Below are positions 24,311-33,752 of a stretch of 64,000 nucleotides of DNA, in pieces. Under the pieces are notes generated by a model. That model searched no databases. It was not told where the DNA came from and was given only the letters and a program-made list of their open reading frames with translations. The translations under genes were made by a program, and so were the position numbers. The first letter of the stretch is position 1. Each line of letters starts with the position of its first letter. The stretch comes from Rhodospirillales bacterium (GTDB lineage Bacteria; Pseudomonadota; Alphaproteobacteria; Bin95), in contig JAYQLI010000035.1 of the NCBI GenBank assembly GCA_038143065.1, forward strand, positions 2,400,894 through 2,464,893, written 5' to 3'.

Positions 24311-24744
24311 AAAAGACAGTGATCCGTTCAGCTAAGGTGCCGGAGACAGGAGGTCCATTTAATCTATGTATTCGTCATGGAAATATGGTTTACGTATCCG
24401 GCCTTCCTCCTTTTCAAGAAGATTTTTGTGAAGGTCTTCGGTTGGCTAGATCAACTGGAGCACCTCTCCCTAAATATCAGCGAAAATCTATCGAGGATGA
24501 GGCGAGGATAGTCATGAACCATCTTAAATGGCTATTGGAGGAAGCGGGCTCTTCTCTAGATCACATGCTAAAAGTTGTTGTGTGGTTGCGAGATCAGCAG
24601 GACCAAGCTGCTTTTGATAAAGTGTATCGGTCTTATTTTAAATCAAATGAAGACCTTCCTACGAGAACAAGAATGCAGGCTGGAGGAACACCTTTCGATT
24701 GTGCCTTAGAAATCGACGCTATTGCATATGTGCCAGATGAGTAA
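24307..24744 (+). CDS. RidA/YjgF family protein with an internal insertion
   Basis: GPFN, VYVSG, LEEAGSSL, PTRT (catalytic Arg) and LEIDAIA motifs; start overlaps the upstream stop (ATGA). Confidence 0.88.
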   Translation: MKKTVIRSAKVPETGGPFNLCIRHGNMVYVSGLPPFQEDFCEGLRLARSTGAPLPKYQRKSIEDEARIVMNHLKWLLEEAGSSLDHMLKVVVWLRDQQDQAAFDKVYRSYFKSNEDLPTRTRMQAGGTPFDCALEIDAIAYVPDE

Positions 24745-24853
24745 CTGAAAAATATCAAGATGTGTGAAATACGTATTTGTTAGGTCTTGGACGTTTGCAG
24801 GAGTCGTGAAGATTCACCAGGTCCAGCAACAAAGTCGGTGTAAGGAAGATTAA

Positions 24854-26143
24854 ATGAAAATTGACAACCCAAGCCGTCTTGGTGCGCTTGAGGCGGCTAA
24901 ACTGATTGCTGCAGGTCATTTAACATCTGAAGTTTTGGTGAGAAGTTGCCTCGAGCGGATAGAGGCTCGCGATAGAGAGGTAGGCGCTTGGATTTCCTTA
25001 GAAGCTGATCGGGCAATTGCCGAAGCTAAGATGCGAGATTCTGAACCTGCAAGAAGCCCTCTTCATGGCATTCCGTTCGGTGTAAAAGATATCATAGATG
25101 CTGAGGGTTATAGAACTGGGATGGGTTCTCCGATTTACGATGACTCAGTTCCATTATTGCATGATGCAGCCTGTGTTGCTCTTGCTAAAGATGCGGGCAT
25201 GGTAGCTCTAGGTAAGACAGTAACAACAGAATTTGCTCTTCGTACCGCGGGCAAGACTCGTAATCCTCATCGATTGACACATTCCCCTGGGGGATCATCT
25301 TCCGGTTCGGCGGCTGCAGTGGCAGATTTTCAAGTGCCGCTTGCTATTGGCACTCAGACCGGCGGATCGGTTATCCGTCCAGCTTCATATTGTGGAGTAG
25401 TAGGCTTCAAGCCCACATTCGGTCGTATACCTCGTGCAGGTGTGAAAAGTGTTTCAGAGTCGCTGGACACGGTAGGTGTAATGGCAAGAAATGTTCAAGA
25501 TGCCGCAGCATTTTCGGCCATTCTAGAGGGCACTTCTGTGGTAGAGCTCTCTTGCTCTCAAGAGCGCCCTCGATTTGCATTTGCTAAGACACCAGCATGG
25601 GACTCTCTGTCTCCAGTAGCTCAAAAAGTGGGCCGTGATGTGGTGGAACATGCTCGTGCTGCAGGCGCTAGTGTGGTTGAAATTGATTTGCCTCCTATCT
25701 TCCGAGATGCACTTGAGGCTCAATCCTGCATCCAAACCTATGAGGCTACGCGTTCGCTGGCGTTTGAGCTTCGCAGACGCCCTGACGAGGTTAGTAAGGC
25801 ACTTAAGGATTATGTTTCCTCAGGCTCGGCCATGAAACGAAGCACTTACGATGAAGCTCGTAACATTCAAGCGAGCTGTCGTGCAGCTCTTTGGCCATTA
25901 CTGAGTGATTTTGGAGCTTTACTAACTCCTGCAGCACCAGGAGAGGCACCCGCTAATCCTTCTGATACAGGTTCCCCAATTGCAAATGCCATATGGACGA
26001 TGACAGGAGCGTCAGTGGTCGGAGTACCTGGCCTTTTGGGGTCTACCGGCCTTCCTGTTGGAATTCAGGTCATAGGCCCATCGGGACGTGCGGCAGCGAC
26101 CCTCTCGTACGCTCTCTGGCTTTCAGAGGTTCTTGGAAAATGA
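24854..26143 (+). CDS. Amidase signature family enzyme
   Basis: GVKDII, GKTVTTEFA, PGGSSSGSAAAVA and GTQTGGSVIRPA motifs. Confidence 0.93.
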   Translation: MKIDNPSRLGALEAAKLIAAGHLTSEVLVRSCLERIEARDREVGAWISLEADRAIAEAKMRDSEPARSPLHGIPFGVKDIIDAEGYRTGMGSPIYDDSVPLLHDAACVALAKDAGMVALGKTVTTEFALRTAGKTRNPHRLTHSPGGSSSGSAAAVADFQVPLAIGTQTGGSVIRPASYCGVVGFKPTFGRIPRAGVKSVSESLDTVGVMARNVQDAAAFSAILEGTSVVELSCSQERPRFAFAKTPAWDSLSPVAQKVGRDVVEHARAAGASVVEIDLPPIFRDALEAQSCIQTYEATRSLAFELRRRPDEVSKALKDYVSSGSAMKRSTYDEARNIQASCRAALWPLLSDFGALLTPAAPGEAPANPSDTGSPIANAIWTMTGASVVGVPGLLGSTGLPVGIQVIGPSGRAAATLSYALWLSEVLGK

Positions 26144-27414
26144 ATGATTTAAGAGATGCGCTCGCTTTAGGGCGTGAGATTGCAGCTGGTCGTTTGACAG
26201 CAGTGAAGGTTCTTGAAGCTGCGCTTGCTCGTATCGAGTCGAGAGATAATGAGATCTTAGCGTGGAAATTGATAAACCCTGAACAGGCATTGGCGGAAGC
26301 AATGGCCAGGGATGCAGAGGAGCCAAAAGGACCTCTTCATGGAGTCCCTATTGGGGTCAAAGACGTACTGGATACGTCAGACATTGCCACGGGCTATGGT
26401 TCGGCAATTTATGAAGGAGCTTTACCATCCGCAGATGCTGCTGCAGTTGCGAATTTAAGGGCAGCGGGAATGGTAGTCCTTGGTAAAACTGTGACAACAG
26501 AATTTGCAATGCGTTTTCCTGGAGCAACGCGCAATCCAAATAATTTAGCTCATACCCCAGGTGGGTCATCTTCAGGTTCCGCTGCAGCAGTTGCTGACGG
26601 ACACGTTCCTCTCGCCATAGGCACACAAACCTCAGGGTCCGTTATTCGGCCCGCCTCCTATTGTGGCGTCATTGGTTTCAAGCCTTCTTGGGGGGCGGTG
26701 CCCCGTGCGGGCCTAAAAATGCTTGCCGAAAGTCTTGATACTATTGGGACAATGGCAAATTCTGCGGCAGATGCTGAAGCATTTGCACTAGCTCTTGCAG
26801 GACGGCCAATAAATCCAACAGCGCCTTTAGATCAGCCTCCACGAATTGGAATTTGTAGAACTGTTGCATGGCCTAATATTGAGCATGCGGGTTCTAGGGG
26901 ATTAGAGGAAGCAGCCACGTGTGCTGCTGCTGCAGGCGCTAAGGTAGTGGATGTTCAACTGCCAGAACCATTCGCCACAGCTTTAGAGGCCCATGATGTT
27001 GTAATGACATATGAGTCGCGAGGAATGCTCGCGTTTGAATGTGATCGCCACTGGGATCGTCTTTCACCCGCCCTGCAAGATGTAATGAAGCGTGGAATGA
27101 ACCACGACTGGCCAGCCTATCAGTCGGCGCTTGCCAATAGACGTGCGTGCAGGAAAAGCTTGGCTGATGCTTTTCAAGATGTGGATGTTCTCTTAACGCC
27201 TTCTGCTTTAGGGGAGGCTCCGAAAGGGCTTAGTTTTACTGGATCCCCTGACTTTAATCGTATCTGGACATTTGTTGGAGCGCCAAGCATCACAGTGCCT
27301 GGTTTGATGGGGCCGAATGGTTTGCCGGTTGGCACACAATTAATTGCCCCGTTAGGCCAAGACTCTCGAGTTATTGGAGCCGCTGGTTGGCTTCAAAACC
27401 TACTCCAAGCATGA
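26140..27414 (+). CDS. Amidase signature family enzyme (paralog of upstream gene)
   Basis: GVKDVL, GKTVTTEFA, PGGSSSGS and GTQTSGSVIRPA motifs; ATG 26140 overlaps the upstream TGA. Confidence 0.93.
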   Translation: MNDLRDALALGREIAAGRLTAVKVLEAALARIESRDNEILAWKLINPEQALAEAMARDAEEPKGPLHGVPIGVKDVLDTSDIATGYGSAIYEGALPSADAAAVANLRAAGMVVLGKTVTTEFAMRFPGATRNPNNLAHTPGGSSSGSAAAVADGHVPLAIGTQTSGSVIRPASYCGVIGFKPSWGAVPRAGLKMLAESLDTIGTMANSAADAEAFALALAGRPINPTAPLDQPPRIGICRTVAWPNIEHAGSRGLEEAATCAAAAGAKVVDVQLPEPFATALEAHDVVMTYESRGMLAFECDRHWDRLSPALQDVMKRGMNHDWPAYQSALANRRACRKSLADAFQDVDVLLTPSALGEAPKGLSFTGSPDFNRIWTFVGAPSITVPGLMGPNGLPVGTQLIAPLGQDSRVIGAAGWLQNLLQA

Positions 27415-27427
27415 GAGGTCACCGAAA

Positions 27428-28699
27428 ATGATTTCTGAAATCTCCTCAGCCTTGAATGGCCAAATGGATTTTGCTGCAGGCGTATTTGAAAGGCTCCAAG
27501 CAGTCAGTAAGGATGTGCGCGGGGTTACCCGCGCCAGTTATGGAAACGGGGAGCAGGCGGCGCATGCATTGATGGCTGAAATTGCTGGTGAATTGGGATT
27601 GGAAGTTGGACAGGATGCTGCTGCTAACACCTACATGACTTGGGTTGGACAAGACCGCTCAGCCCCAATTCGCTTGGTAGGTAGTCACCTCGACTCAGTC
27701 CCGCAAGGTGGGAACTATGATGGTGCCGCTGGTGTTGTTTCTGGCCTAGTTGCAATCCGGGCGCTGAAGTCTATTGGCTATAAACCCAGATGTGACATAA
27801 CAGTTATGGGAATACGAGCAGAAGAAAGCTGCTGGTTTGGAGTATCTTATATAGGAAGCCGATCAGCTCTTGGCACCTTGCCAGAGGGTTCACTCGAAAC
27901 GGCAAAGCGAATGGATAATGGTATTTCATTGGGTGAACACATCGCTGACTGTGGTGGTGATCCAGATAAATTGCTGACTGCTACGCCACATTTGGATGCC
28001 AAAAAAATCGAAGCTTTTCTTGAGCCACATATAGAGCAGGGTCCCGAGCTAGTAGAAGCCGGTTACCCTGTAGGCATTGTTACAGGCATACGTGGAAACA
28101 GACGTTTCCCAAATGCGCTTGTTTCAGGTGAGTATGCTCACTGTGGGGGAGCGCCTCGGCGGGTGCGAAGGGATGCTGTGGTGGCGGCAACTGAATTTGT
28201 CCAGGCCTTAGATGTTTTATGGGATAAGGCGGAAGCAAAGGGCGATGATTTCGCTTGTACAATAGGAAAATTTAATACCAATGCCGATCGTCATGCGATG
28301 ACGGTAATTTCTGGCGAGGTCTCTTTCACCTTGGACATCCGAAGTGTGAACGCCAAAACATTAGAGTGGCTTGAGGTAGAAGTTCCAAGAATTTCAGGAG
28401 AGATTGCGGAGCGACGTGGCGTGAATATGAACCTTGGCCCGATTACCCGCGCTGCTCCTGGTGTCATGGATCAGAATTTAATGAAAACGTATCGCGATGC
28501 TGCTGAAGCAATGAGCGTCCGCGCGATGGATATTCCATCAGGTGCCAGTCATGACTCTGCGGCGTTTGCTGATGCGGGCATACCAACAGCTATGCTTTTT
28601 ATTCGAAACGAAAATGGCAGTCATAATCCAGACGAAGCAATGGAAATCGAGGATTTTATAGAAGCCACAAAGTTACTCGCTGCTTCTCTAAGCAAGTGA
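27428..28699 (+). CDS. M20 family Zn-dependent hydrolase (N-carbamoyl-amino-acid / allantoate amidohydrolase-like)
   Basis: GSHLDSVPQGGNYDG, AEES, HIEQGP, SGASHD and GSHNPDE motifs. Confidence 0.92.
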   Translation: MISEISSALNGQMDFAAGVFERLQAVSKDVRGVTRASYGNGEQAAHALMAEIAGELGLEVGQDAAANTYMTWVGQDRSAPIRLVGSHLDSVPQGGNYDGAAGVVSGLVAIRALKSIGYKPRCDITVMGIRAEESCWFGVSYIGSRSALGTLPEGSLETAKRMDNGISLGEHIADCGGDPDKLLTATPHLDAKKIEAFLEPHIEQGPELVEAGYPVGIVTGIRGNRRFPNALVSGEYAHCGGAPRRVRRDAVVAATEFVQALDVLWDKAEAKGDDFACTIGKFNTNADRHAMTVISGEVSFTLDIRSVNAKTLEWLEVEVPRISGEIAERRGVNMNLGPITRAAPGVMDQNLMKTYRDAAEAMSVRAMDIPSGASHDSAAFADAGIPTAMLFIRNENGSHNPDEAMEIEDFIEATKLLAASLSK

Positions 28700-28809
28700 C
28701 AACAGCAGCCGAAAGGCTTTTTAAGTAAGTTTTTTTTAGGATTTAGTGCGGTTGATATAACCTCGCTGTAGGTTGAAGAAAAAATTTTAAGTTTAGGGTA
28801 ATCCCATTG

Positions 28810-29565
28810 ATGGACAGGCTTTTGGAAAATCATGTTGCGCTGGTCACTGGAGCGGCTCAAGGAAACGGTGCAGCTATCGCTAAAGGCCTTGCTATGGCTG
28901 GGGCGGCGGTCGCAGTCTCTGATATCAATCTTGATGGAGCTAAGGAAACAGCTCTCGTTATTGAACGCGTTGGAAGTAGATCATTTGCGTTCAAATGTGA
29001 TGTAGCTGATAGGGAGCAATGTACCGCTTTCATCATGGAAGCTGAGGAAGTTCTTGGAAAACCTAGTATTCTTGTGAATAACGCAGGGATATTTATTCGA
29101 GGTGGGGTGGATGAGCGCAATTTTGAAGATGTATGGCGGCAAACCCTGAATATTAACGTGATGGGTGTGGTGAATATGACTATGGCAGCCCTGCCATCAC
29201 TAAGGCAAACTAAAGGTCGAATAATTAATGTGGGCTCTATCCGCTCTTTTACGGCCGATAAAGCATCCGCTGCCTATGCCGCTAGTAAGGGGGCAATTTT
29301 GCAGATTACCAAGAGTTTTGCTGTTGAACTTGTGGGTGAAGGTATCAGAGTGAATGCCATTGCACCTGGTATTATTGCAACGCCCATGACCGAAGTGACG
29401 CGTGCCGACCCATCAAAGATTAGCAATTTCCTGCGCGATGTGCCGATGGGTCGAGTTGGTGAAGCTGAAGAATTAGTGGGGCCCGTAAATTTTTTAGCCT
29501 CTGATATGTCAAGCTACATTACGGGTGTAATGCTTCCCGTTGATGGTGGATACCTCGCCCAATAA
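28810..29565 (+). CDS. Short-chain dehydrogenase/reductase
   Basis: TGAAQGNG, VNNAG, YAASK, APGIIAT and VDGG motifs. Confidence 0.93.
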   Translation: MDRLLENHVALVTGAAQGNGAAIAKGLAMAGAAVAVSDINLDGAKETALVIERVGSRSFAFKCDVADREQCTAFIMEAEEVLGKPSILVNNAGIFIRGGVDERNFEDVWRQTLNINVMGVVNMTMAALPSLRQTKGRIINVGSIRSFTADKASAAYAASKGAILQITKSFAVELVGEGIRVNAIAPGIIATPMTEVTRADPSKISNFLRDVPMGRVGEAEELVGPVNFLASDMSSYITGVMLPVDGGYLAQ

Positions 29566-30294
29566 CTACACAGAAGCTACCGCCGCCCCTCGTCGTTCAG
29601 CTAAATCAATAACGTGCTCAGTGAAGCGTTTGGTCCATTTATCGATTTTTGGATCAAGTGATGGATAGAGGCGTATTTGTTCCTCTCTGGGCATTGCTCC
29701 TGGACGGTCCAGCATGTGCGCTCCATGAATCGTCCAGCGTTTTATCATGTCTATTGTAACTTCTGGGTGAAATTGAAGTGCGAAGCAGTGATCATCATAG
29801 CGAAAAAATTGGTTTGGAAATTCAGAGTTACCTGAGGCTAGTAAAGTTGCCCCTTTCGGTAGATCGAAGCCATCTTTATGCCATTGAAAAACTCGCATGG
29901 GCTTAGTGAAGAATGATCTTCCAGCAGGTGTTGGGTAGATTTCACTATAACCAATCTCGACAAAATCCTTTGGATGTCGCCATACCTTTGCTCCGAGAGC
30001 TCTGGCTAAAATCTGGGCGCCTAGACAAACTCCAACGAAAGGTGCTGCCCCATTAATCGCCTTATCAATCCATCGGATTTCTTCTGGAATACAAGGAATG
30101 TGATCTTCAAATGCACTTTGGGGGCCGCCAAACATCAACGTGGCTGTATAATCTTCTGTAGATGCTGGAAGCGCTTGACCGATGTTTGGGCAGCGTACAT
30201 CCAATATAAATCCTTGTTCCATAAATAACCGGCCAAGCCTAGCTGGATAGGATGTTCGTTGATGTACAATGCAGAGGATGGTGCCGCGTTTCAT
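29566..30294 (-). CDS. Class I glutamine amidotransferase-like protein
   Basis: FGGPQS, GVCLGAQ (nucleophile Cys), QWH and QFHPE motifs. Confidence 0.9.
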   Translation of the reverse strand: MKRGTILCIVHQRTSYPARLGRLFMEQGFILDVRCPNIGQALPASTEDYTATLMFGGPQSAFEDHIPCIPEEIRWIDKAINGAAPFVGVCLGAQILARALGAKVWRHPKDFVEIGYSEIYPTPAGRSFFTKPMRVFQWHKDGFDLPKGATLLASGNSEFPNQFFRYDDHCFALQFHPEVTIDMIKRWTIHGAHMLDRPGAMPREEQIRLYPSLDPKIDKWTKRFTEHVIDLAERRGAAVASV

Positions 30295-30448
30295 CCTGAA
30301 ATGGTATGCCGTGATTACGTGATTGAAGCAATGCGATAAAGTTATCTTTGATCCAGCGTTAGCTGTTTTGACTACCAGCTATGCAAAAATAGATTTTGTT
30401 CCGTAAGCCAAACTATGAGATTGACCTGGCTTGAAAGGGATTTTGGTA

Positions 30449-31360
30449 ATGAATTTCCGTATGGCTCGCGTCTGGCAATTCAGACCAATTTTTCTTGGTG
30501 ACGCCTCAGTTGGCGCCTTGTTGATGGTTATGTCGACAATTTGTTTTGTTTCCATGCAAAGCCTAATCCGTCAAATTGGCGGCGAATTGCCTCCAGTAGA
30601 GGTTGCTTTTTTCCGCAACCTTTTTGGCTTCTGCGCTATTGCCCCAATTTTTTTCAAATACGGATTTTCACCTCTTAAGACATCTCGATTAAGAGTACAT
30701 GCACTGCGCGGTGCTCTTCAGGGCATATCAATGATGGCTTTTTTTACAGGCGTAACCATGGTGCCATTTGCAGAAGCCACATCTATTAGTTTCTCCGCCC
30801 CTCTATTTGCCACAGTCTTGGCAGTAATTGTCTTAAGGGAAAAAATACGTATTAGGCGCATCACCGCCCTTCTTCTGGGGTTCGCGGGAGTGATTATTGT
30901 TCTTCGCCCTGGATTTATGGAAGTTGGCCTTGGACAAGGCCTACTTTTAAGTTCTTCATTAATTTGGGGTGCAGCCATCATTGTTATTAAACGACTATCA
31001 GTTTCTGAGTCCGCTGCTACGCAGACGGCCTATATGGGATTATTTATGACACCCATAACTTTCCTGCCGGCTCTATATGTGTGGCAGACCCCAAGTTTTG
31101 AGCAATTAGCTTGGATGGTGTTGATAGGTATTTTTGGTACTATCGGTCATCTCTGCTTTGCGGGCGCTTTCCGACGTGCAGAATCGAGTGCTCTTCTGCC
31201 TCTAGATTTTCTCAGACTCTTGTGGGCGAGCGTCTTGGGATATTTTTTGTTCTCTGAGATACCTGATTTATGGGTATGGATTGGGGGAGGAGTGATTTTC
31301 ACAAGCGCCACATATATAGCCTTTCGTGAAGCACATCTCGCTAAGCGAAAGAGTAATTAG
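30449..31360 (+). CDS. DMT/EamA family transporter
   Basis: About ten hydrophobic segments in a duplicated EamA pattern (FFRNLFG, LREKI, FSEIPD). Confidence 0.9.
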   Translation: MNFRMARVWQFRPIFLGDASVGALLMVMSTICFVSMQSLIRQIGGELPPVEVAFFRNLFGFCAIAPIFFKYGFSPLKTSRLRVHALRGALQGISMMAFFTGVTMVPFAEATSISFSAPLFATVLAVIVLREKIRIRRITALLLGFAGVIIVLRPGFMEVGLGQGLLLSSSLIWGAAIIVIKRLSVSESAATQTAYMGLFMTPITFLPALYVWQTPSFEQLAWMVLIGIFGTIGHLCFAGAFRRAESSALLPLDFLRLLWASVLGYFLFSEIPDLWVWIGGGVIFTSATYIAFREAHLAKRKSN

Positions 31361-31493
31361 GTTCTCGTAGTCAACTTTCCGGAAAAGTGGATAGTGAGGG
31401 AAATATAGAACCAAATTCAGCTTAATTAAATTTGCAGCAAACTTTATACTCCAATGGTTTTTTAGGCACAGCAGAAGTGTCTTTGGTCTTGCG

Positions 31494-31523
31494 TTGACGG
31501 ACTCGCTCTTGTGGAGCTAACGT
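31494..31523 (+). promoter_or_regulatory. Putative sigma70 promoter of ihfA
   Basis: TTGACG-N18-TAACGT upstream of the GGAGAAGG RBS. Confidence 0.4.
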
Positions 31524-31546
31524 TAAGCTGAATTTGGAGAAGGGAC

Positions 31547-31846
31547 ATGTCCGAAGTTACTATAACGAGAGCAGATTTAACTGATGCCGTTTATCAGGAA
31601 GTCGGGCTTTCAAGGAATGAGTCCGCTGATCTTGTTGAAATGGTCCTTGGTGAAATTTCGTCCGTTTTAGAGTCCGGTGAATCAGTTAAAATCGCTGGCT
31701 TTGGGACGTTTATGGTTCGTCAAAAAGGTCTCAGACGTGGACGTAACCCAAAAACGGGAGAGGAAGTTCCAATTCTGCCCCGTAGAGTTTTTAGCTTTAG
31801 AGCCTCACATATTCTAAAAGACTACATCAACCATAGCGTTAATTGA
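31547..31846 (+). CDS. ihfA: Integration host factor subunit alpha
   Basis: TRADL, GLSRNES, GFGTF and [12 protein letters not shown] motifs; followed by MerR gene and tRNA-Pro as usual. Confidence 0.96.
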   Translation: MSEVTITRADLTDAVYQEVGLSRNESADLVEMVLGEISSVLESGESVKIAGFGTFMVRQKGLRRGRNPKTGEEVPILPRRVFSFRASHILKDYINHSVN

Positions 31847-31870
31847 TTAGGCAATCTTCTGAGGCATTAA

Positions 31871-32344
31871 ATGGTTAGAGATTCAATTAAGCGCCGCATT
31901 AGAAAAAGCGCTTCCGCTTACAGAACAATCAGCGAGGTATCCGAAGAAATTGACGTGCCTGCCCACGTTCTTCGCTTTTGGGAAAGTAAATTCCCTTCCT
32001 TGGAGCCTTTGAAGCGGGGTGGTGGCCGACGTTATTATAAACCTGAAGATGTTGAGGCACTACGTCGTATTCGAGCCTTGCTATACCGCGATGGATTTAC
32101 AATCAGAGGTGTTCAGCAGCTTTTAAAAAGTCACGGCGGCAAGCCCCCTTCAGGTGTTGCGGCGGCTGGGGACAAAGTTGAGGTAGTTGAAGCGCCTGCT
32201 GTTAGCCTGAAATCGGATATTCCGCCGGAAATTGGGCAGCGTCAGTTAGATTTTGGTTTGTCGTCACGGCAAATCGATCGATTGAAGTCTGTTTTGTTGG
32301 AGCTTAAGTCCATGCGTTCAGACCTTATGAAAGAGCTCCAATAA
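31871..32344 (+). CDS. MerR family transcriptional regulator
   Basis: [28 protein letters not shown] and GFTIRG motifs. Confidence 0.93.
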   Translation: MVRDSIKRRIRKSASAYRTISEVSEEIDVPAHVLRFWESKFPSLEPLKRGGGRRYYKPEDVEALRRIRALLYRDGFTIRGVQQLLKSHGGKPPSGVAAAGDKVEVVEAPAVSLKSDIPPEIGQRQLDFGLSSRQIDRLKSVLLELKSMRSDLMKELQ

Positions 32345-32369
32345 CTTATTTTTGATAAGCCTGAAGTGA

Positions 32370-32398
32370 TTGACGAAAGCTTAATCACACAGCATATT
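32370..32398 (+). promoter_or_regulatory. Putative sigma70 promoter of tRNA-Pro
   Basis: TTGACG-N17-CATATT, about 30 nt upstream of the tRNA. Confidence 0.55.
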
Positions 32399-32429
32399 CG
32401 CCGAAGTTTTGTTGATGATTTAATTATGT

Positions 32430-32506
32430 CGGAGCGTAGCGCAGTCTGGTAGCGCATCACACTGGGGGTGTGGGGGTCGTAGGTTCAAATCCTGCCGCTC
32501 CGACCA
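32430..32506 (+). tRNA. tRNA-Pro(GGG)
   Basis: CGGAGCGTAGCGCAGTCTGGTAGCGCATCACACTGGGGGTGTGGGGGTCGTAGGTTCAAATCCTGCCGCTCCGACCA: cloverleaf, GGG anticodon, CCA end. Confidence 0.96.
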
Positions 32507-32530
32507 ATTTTAAAACCACAATTTTCTTAA

Positions 32531-33708
32531 TCAGCCTTTGATACTCAAAAGACTTTCTAAGTTGAGCTCGGTTTTTTGCAAACCTTGTCTTGGGATATAC
32601 TGTTTAGTGTCGGTCAATCGGGCGCTGTTCAAAAATTTTAGCTGATTACGAATAATAATTTCTTGAATAGCTGAAACATAAATTTCCCGGGATGTTGAAT
32701 AATTAGTTAGGGTCTCTGCAAGTTTGTAGCCTGAGATTGGTTTTCCAGCCTTGCGTAGATTAAATCGAATGTTACGAAAGCCCTCATAAGCATGAGAGGT
32801 ATTCAGGTTTTTTGCGTATGATCGTGAAGCATCAAGCACATTATTGAACGCGCGTACTCTGTATTTTTTACCTTCAGGTCGTTCGAGTGGAACCATTCCC
32901 TTGTCTTTTGGATTCCAAGTCCATTGACCGTAAATTGCATTACCCATTTGCGCAAAGCGTGATACTCCCCACCCACTTTCCTTTGCTGCTTGGGCAATTG
33001 CTAGGGCTGGAGGGATCACATCGACACGCTTTAAAAGCTGGTCAAAATCCATCGAAGTTAATTCATAATCATCAAAAATCTTTGCTAACCATTTCAAATC
33101 GGATTCACTTATTTTTGTTACTTTTGATAAATCCAACCGAAGTTTTAGTATGCGACTACGGTCTCGAAGGATCTCTTCGTTCGCTGCCAAAATATGAGGT
33201 AGCATCGACGAAATAAATGCCTGCTTTCTGCGTTGCACATCACGTATTTCGGGTAAATCACTGGGTAACCGTGAGAGAAAGAGCCGGGGTGCATCTGCAC
33301 CCTTTTTACAGCCTCTAATGAGCGGTCGCGGTCTCTCCAAAATGCCTCTAATGCAGGAACAGTAGGCTGTTTAGATAGTTGCTTGATGTAAGAAGTCTTG
33401 GCTGCAAAATTAAGAGAAACAGGGAGTTCACTTAAAAGGGTGAAAACTGGAAGATTTGTTCTTGTTAGTGTGATGTAATTAAGAGGTAATTCTGCAGTAA
33501 AGTTTTGATTTTCGAGTTTAGACCATGCATCGATGTTGATTGATGAATGCGGATCTTTCGCAGAGTTCGGGGACATCTTTTCAGAAGGAGCTGCTGTATC
33601 CGCTTCAGCGGCAACATATGTAGCGCTTACCGCTATCAGTAGTCATAGGGCCAAGAACTGCTTAAAAAGCCCTGGTCCGGTATAAGTTCTCATATGTTTG
33701 CTGGTCAT
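32531..33708 (-). CDS. Glucosaminidase-domain (Bax-like) protein; in-frame TGA at 33643-33645 and frameshift near 33305
   Basis: VDVIPPALAIAQAAKESGWGVSRFAQMGNAIYGQW, NLNTSHAY and YS motifs; hydrophobic N-terminus from ATG 33708. Confidence 0.8.
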
Positions 33709-33752
33709 TTCAAATATAAGTCGCATTTGCCAAGAATACTTACTGACGTCCA

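Noticed and set aside
33643-33645. Alternative genetic code (TGA read as Trp, Gly or Sec)
   Set aside because: TGA ends many genes at their expected lengths (gshB, sdhE, amidases, soeA), and Trp is encoded by TGG.
32430-33708. Possible integration at tRNA-Pro(GGG)
   Set aside because: The tRNA is followed within 25 nt by the convergent glucosaminidase gene; no att repeat or mobility gene is visible.
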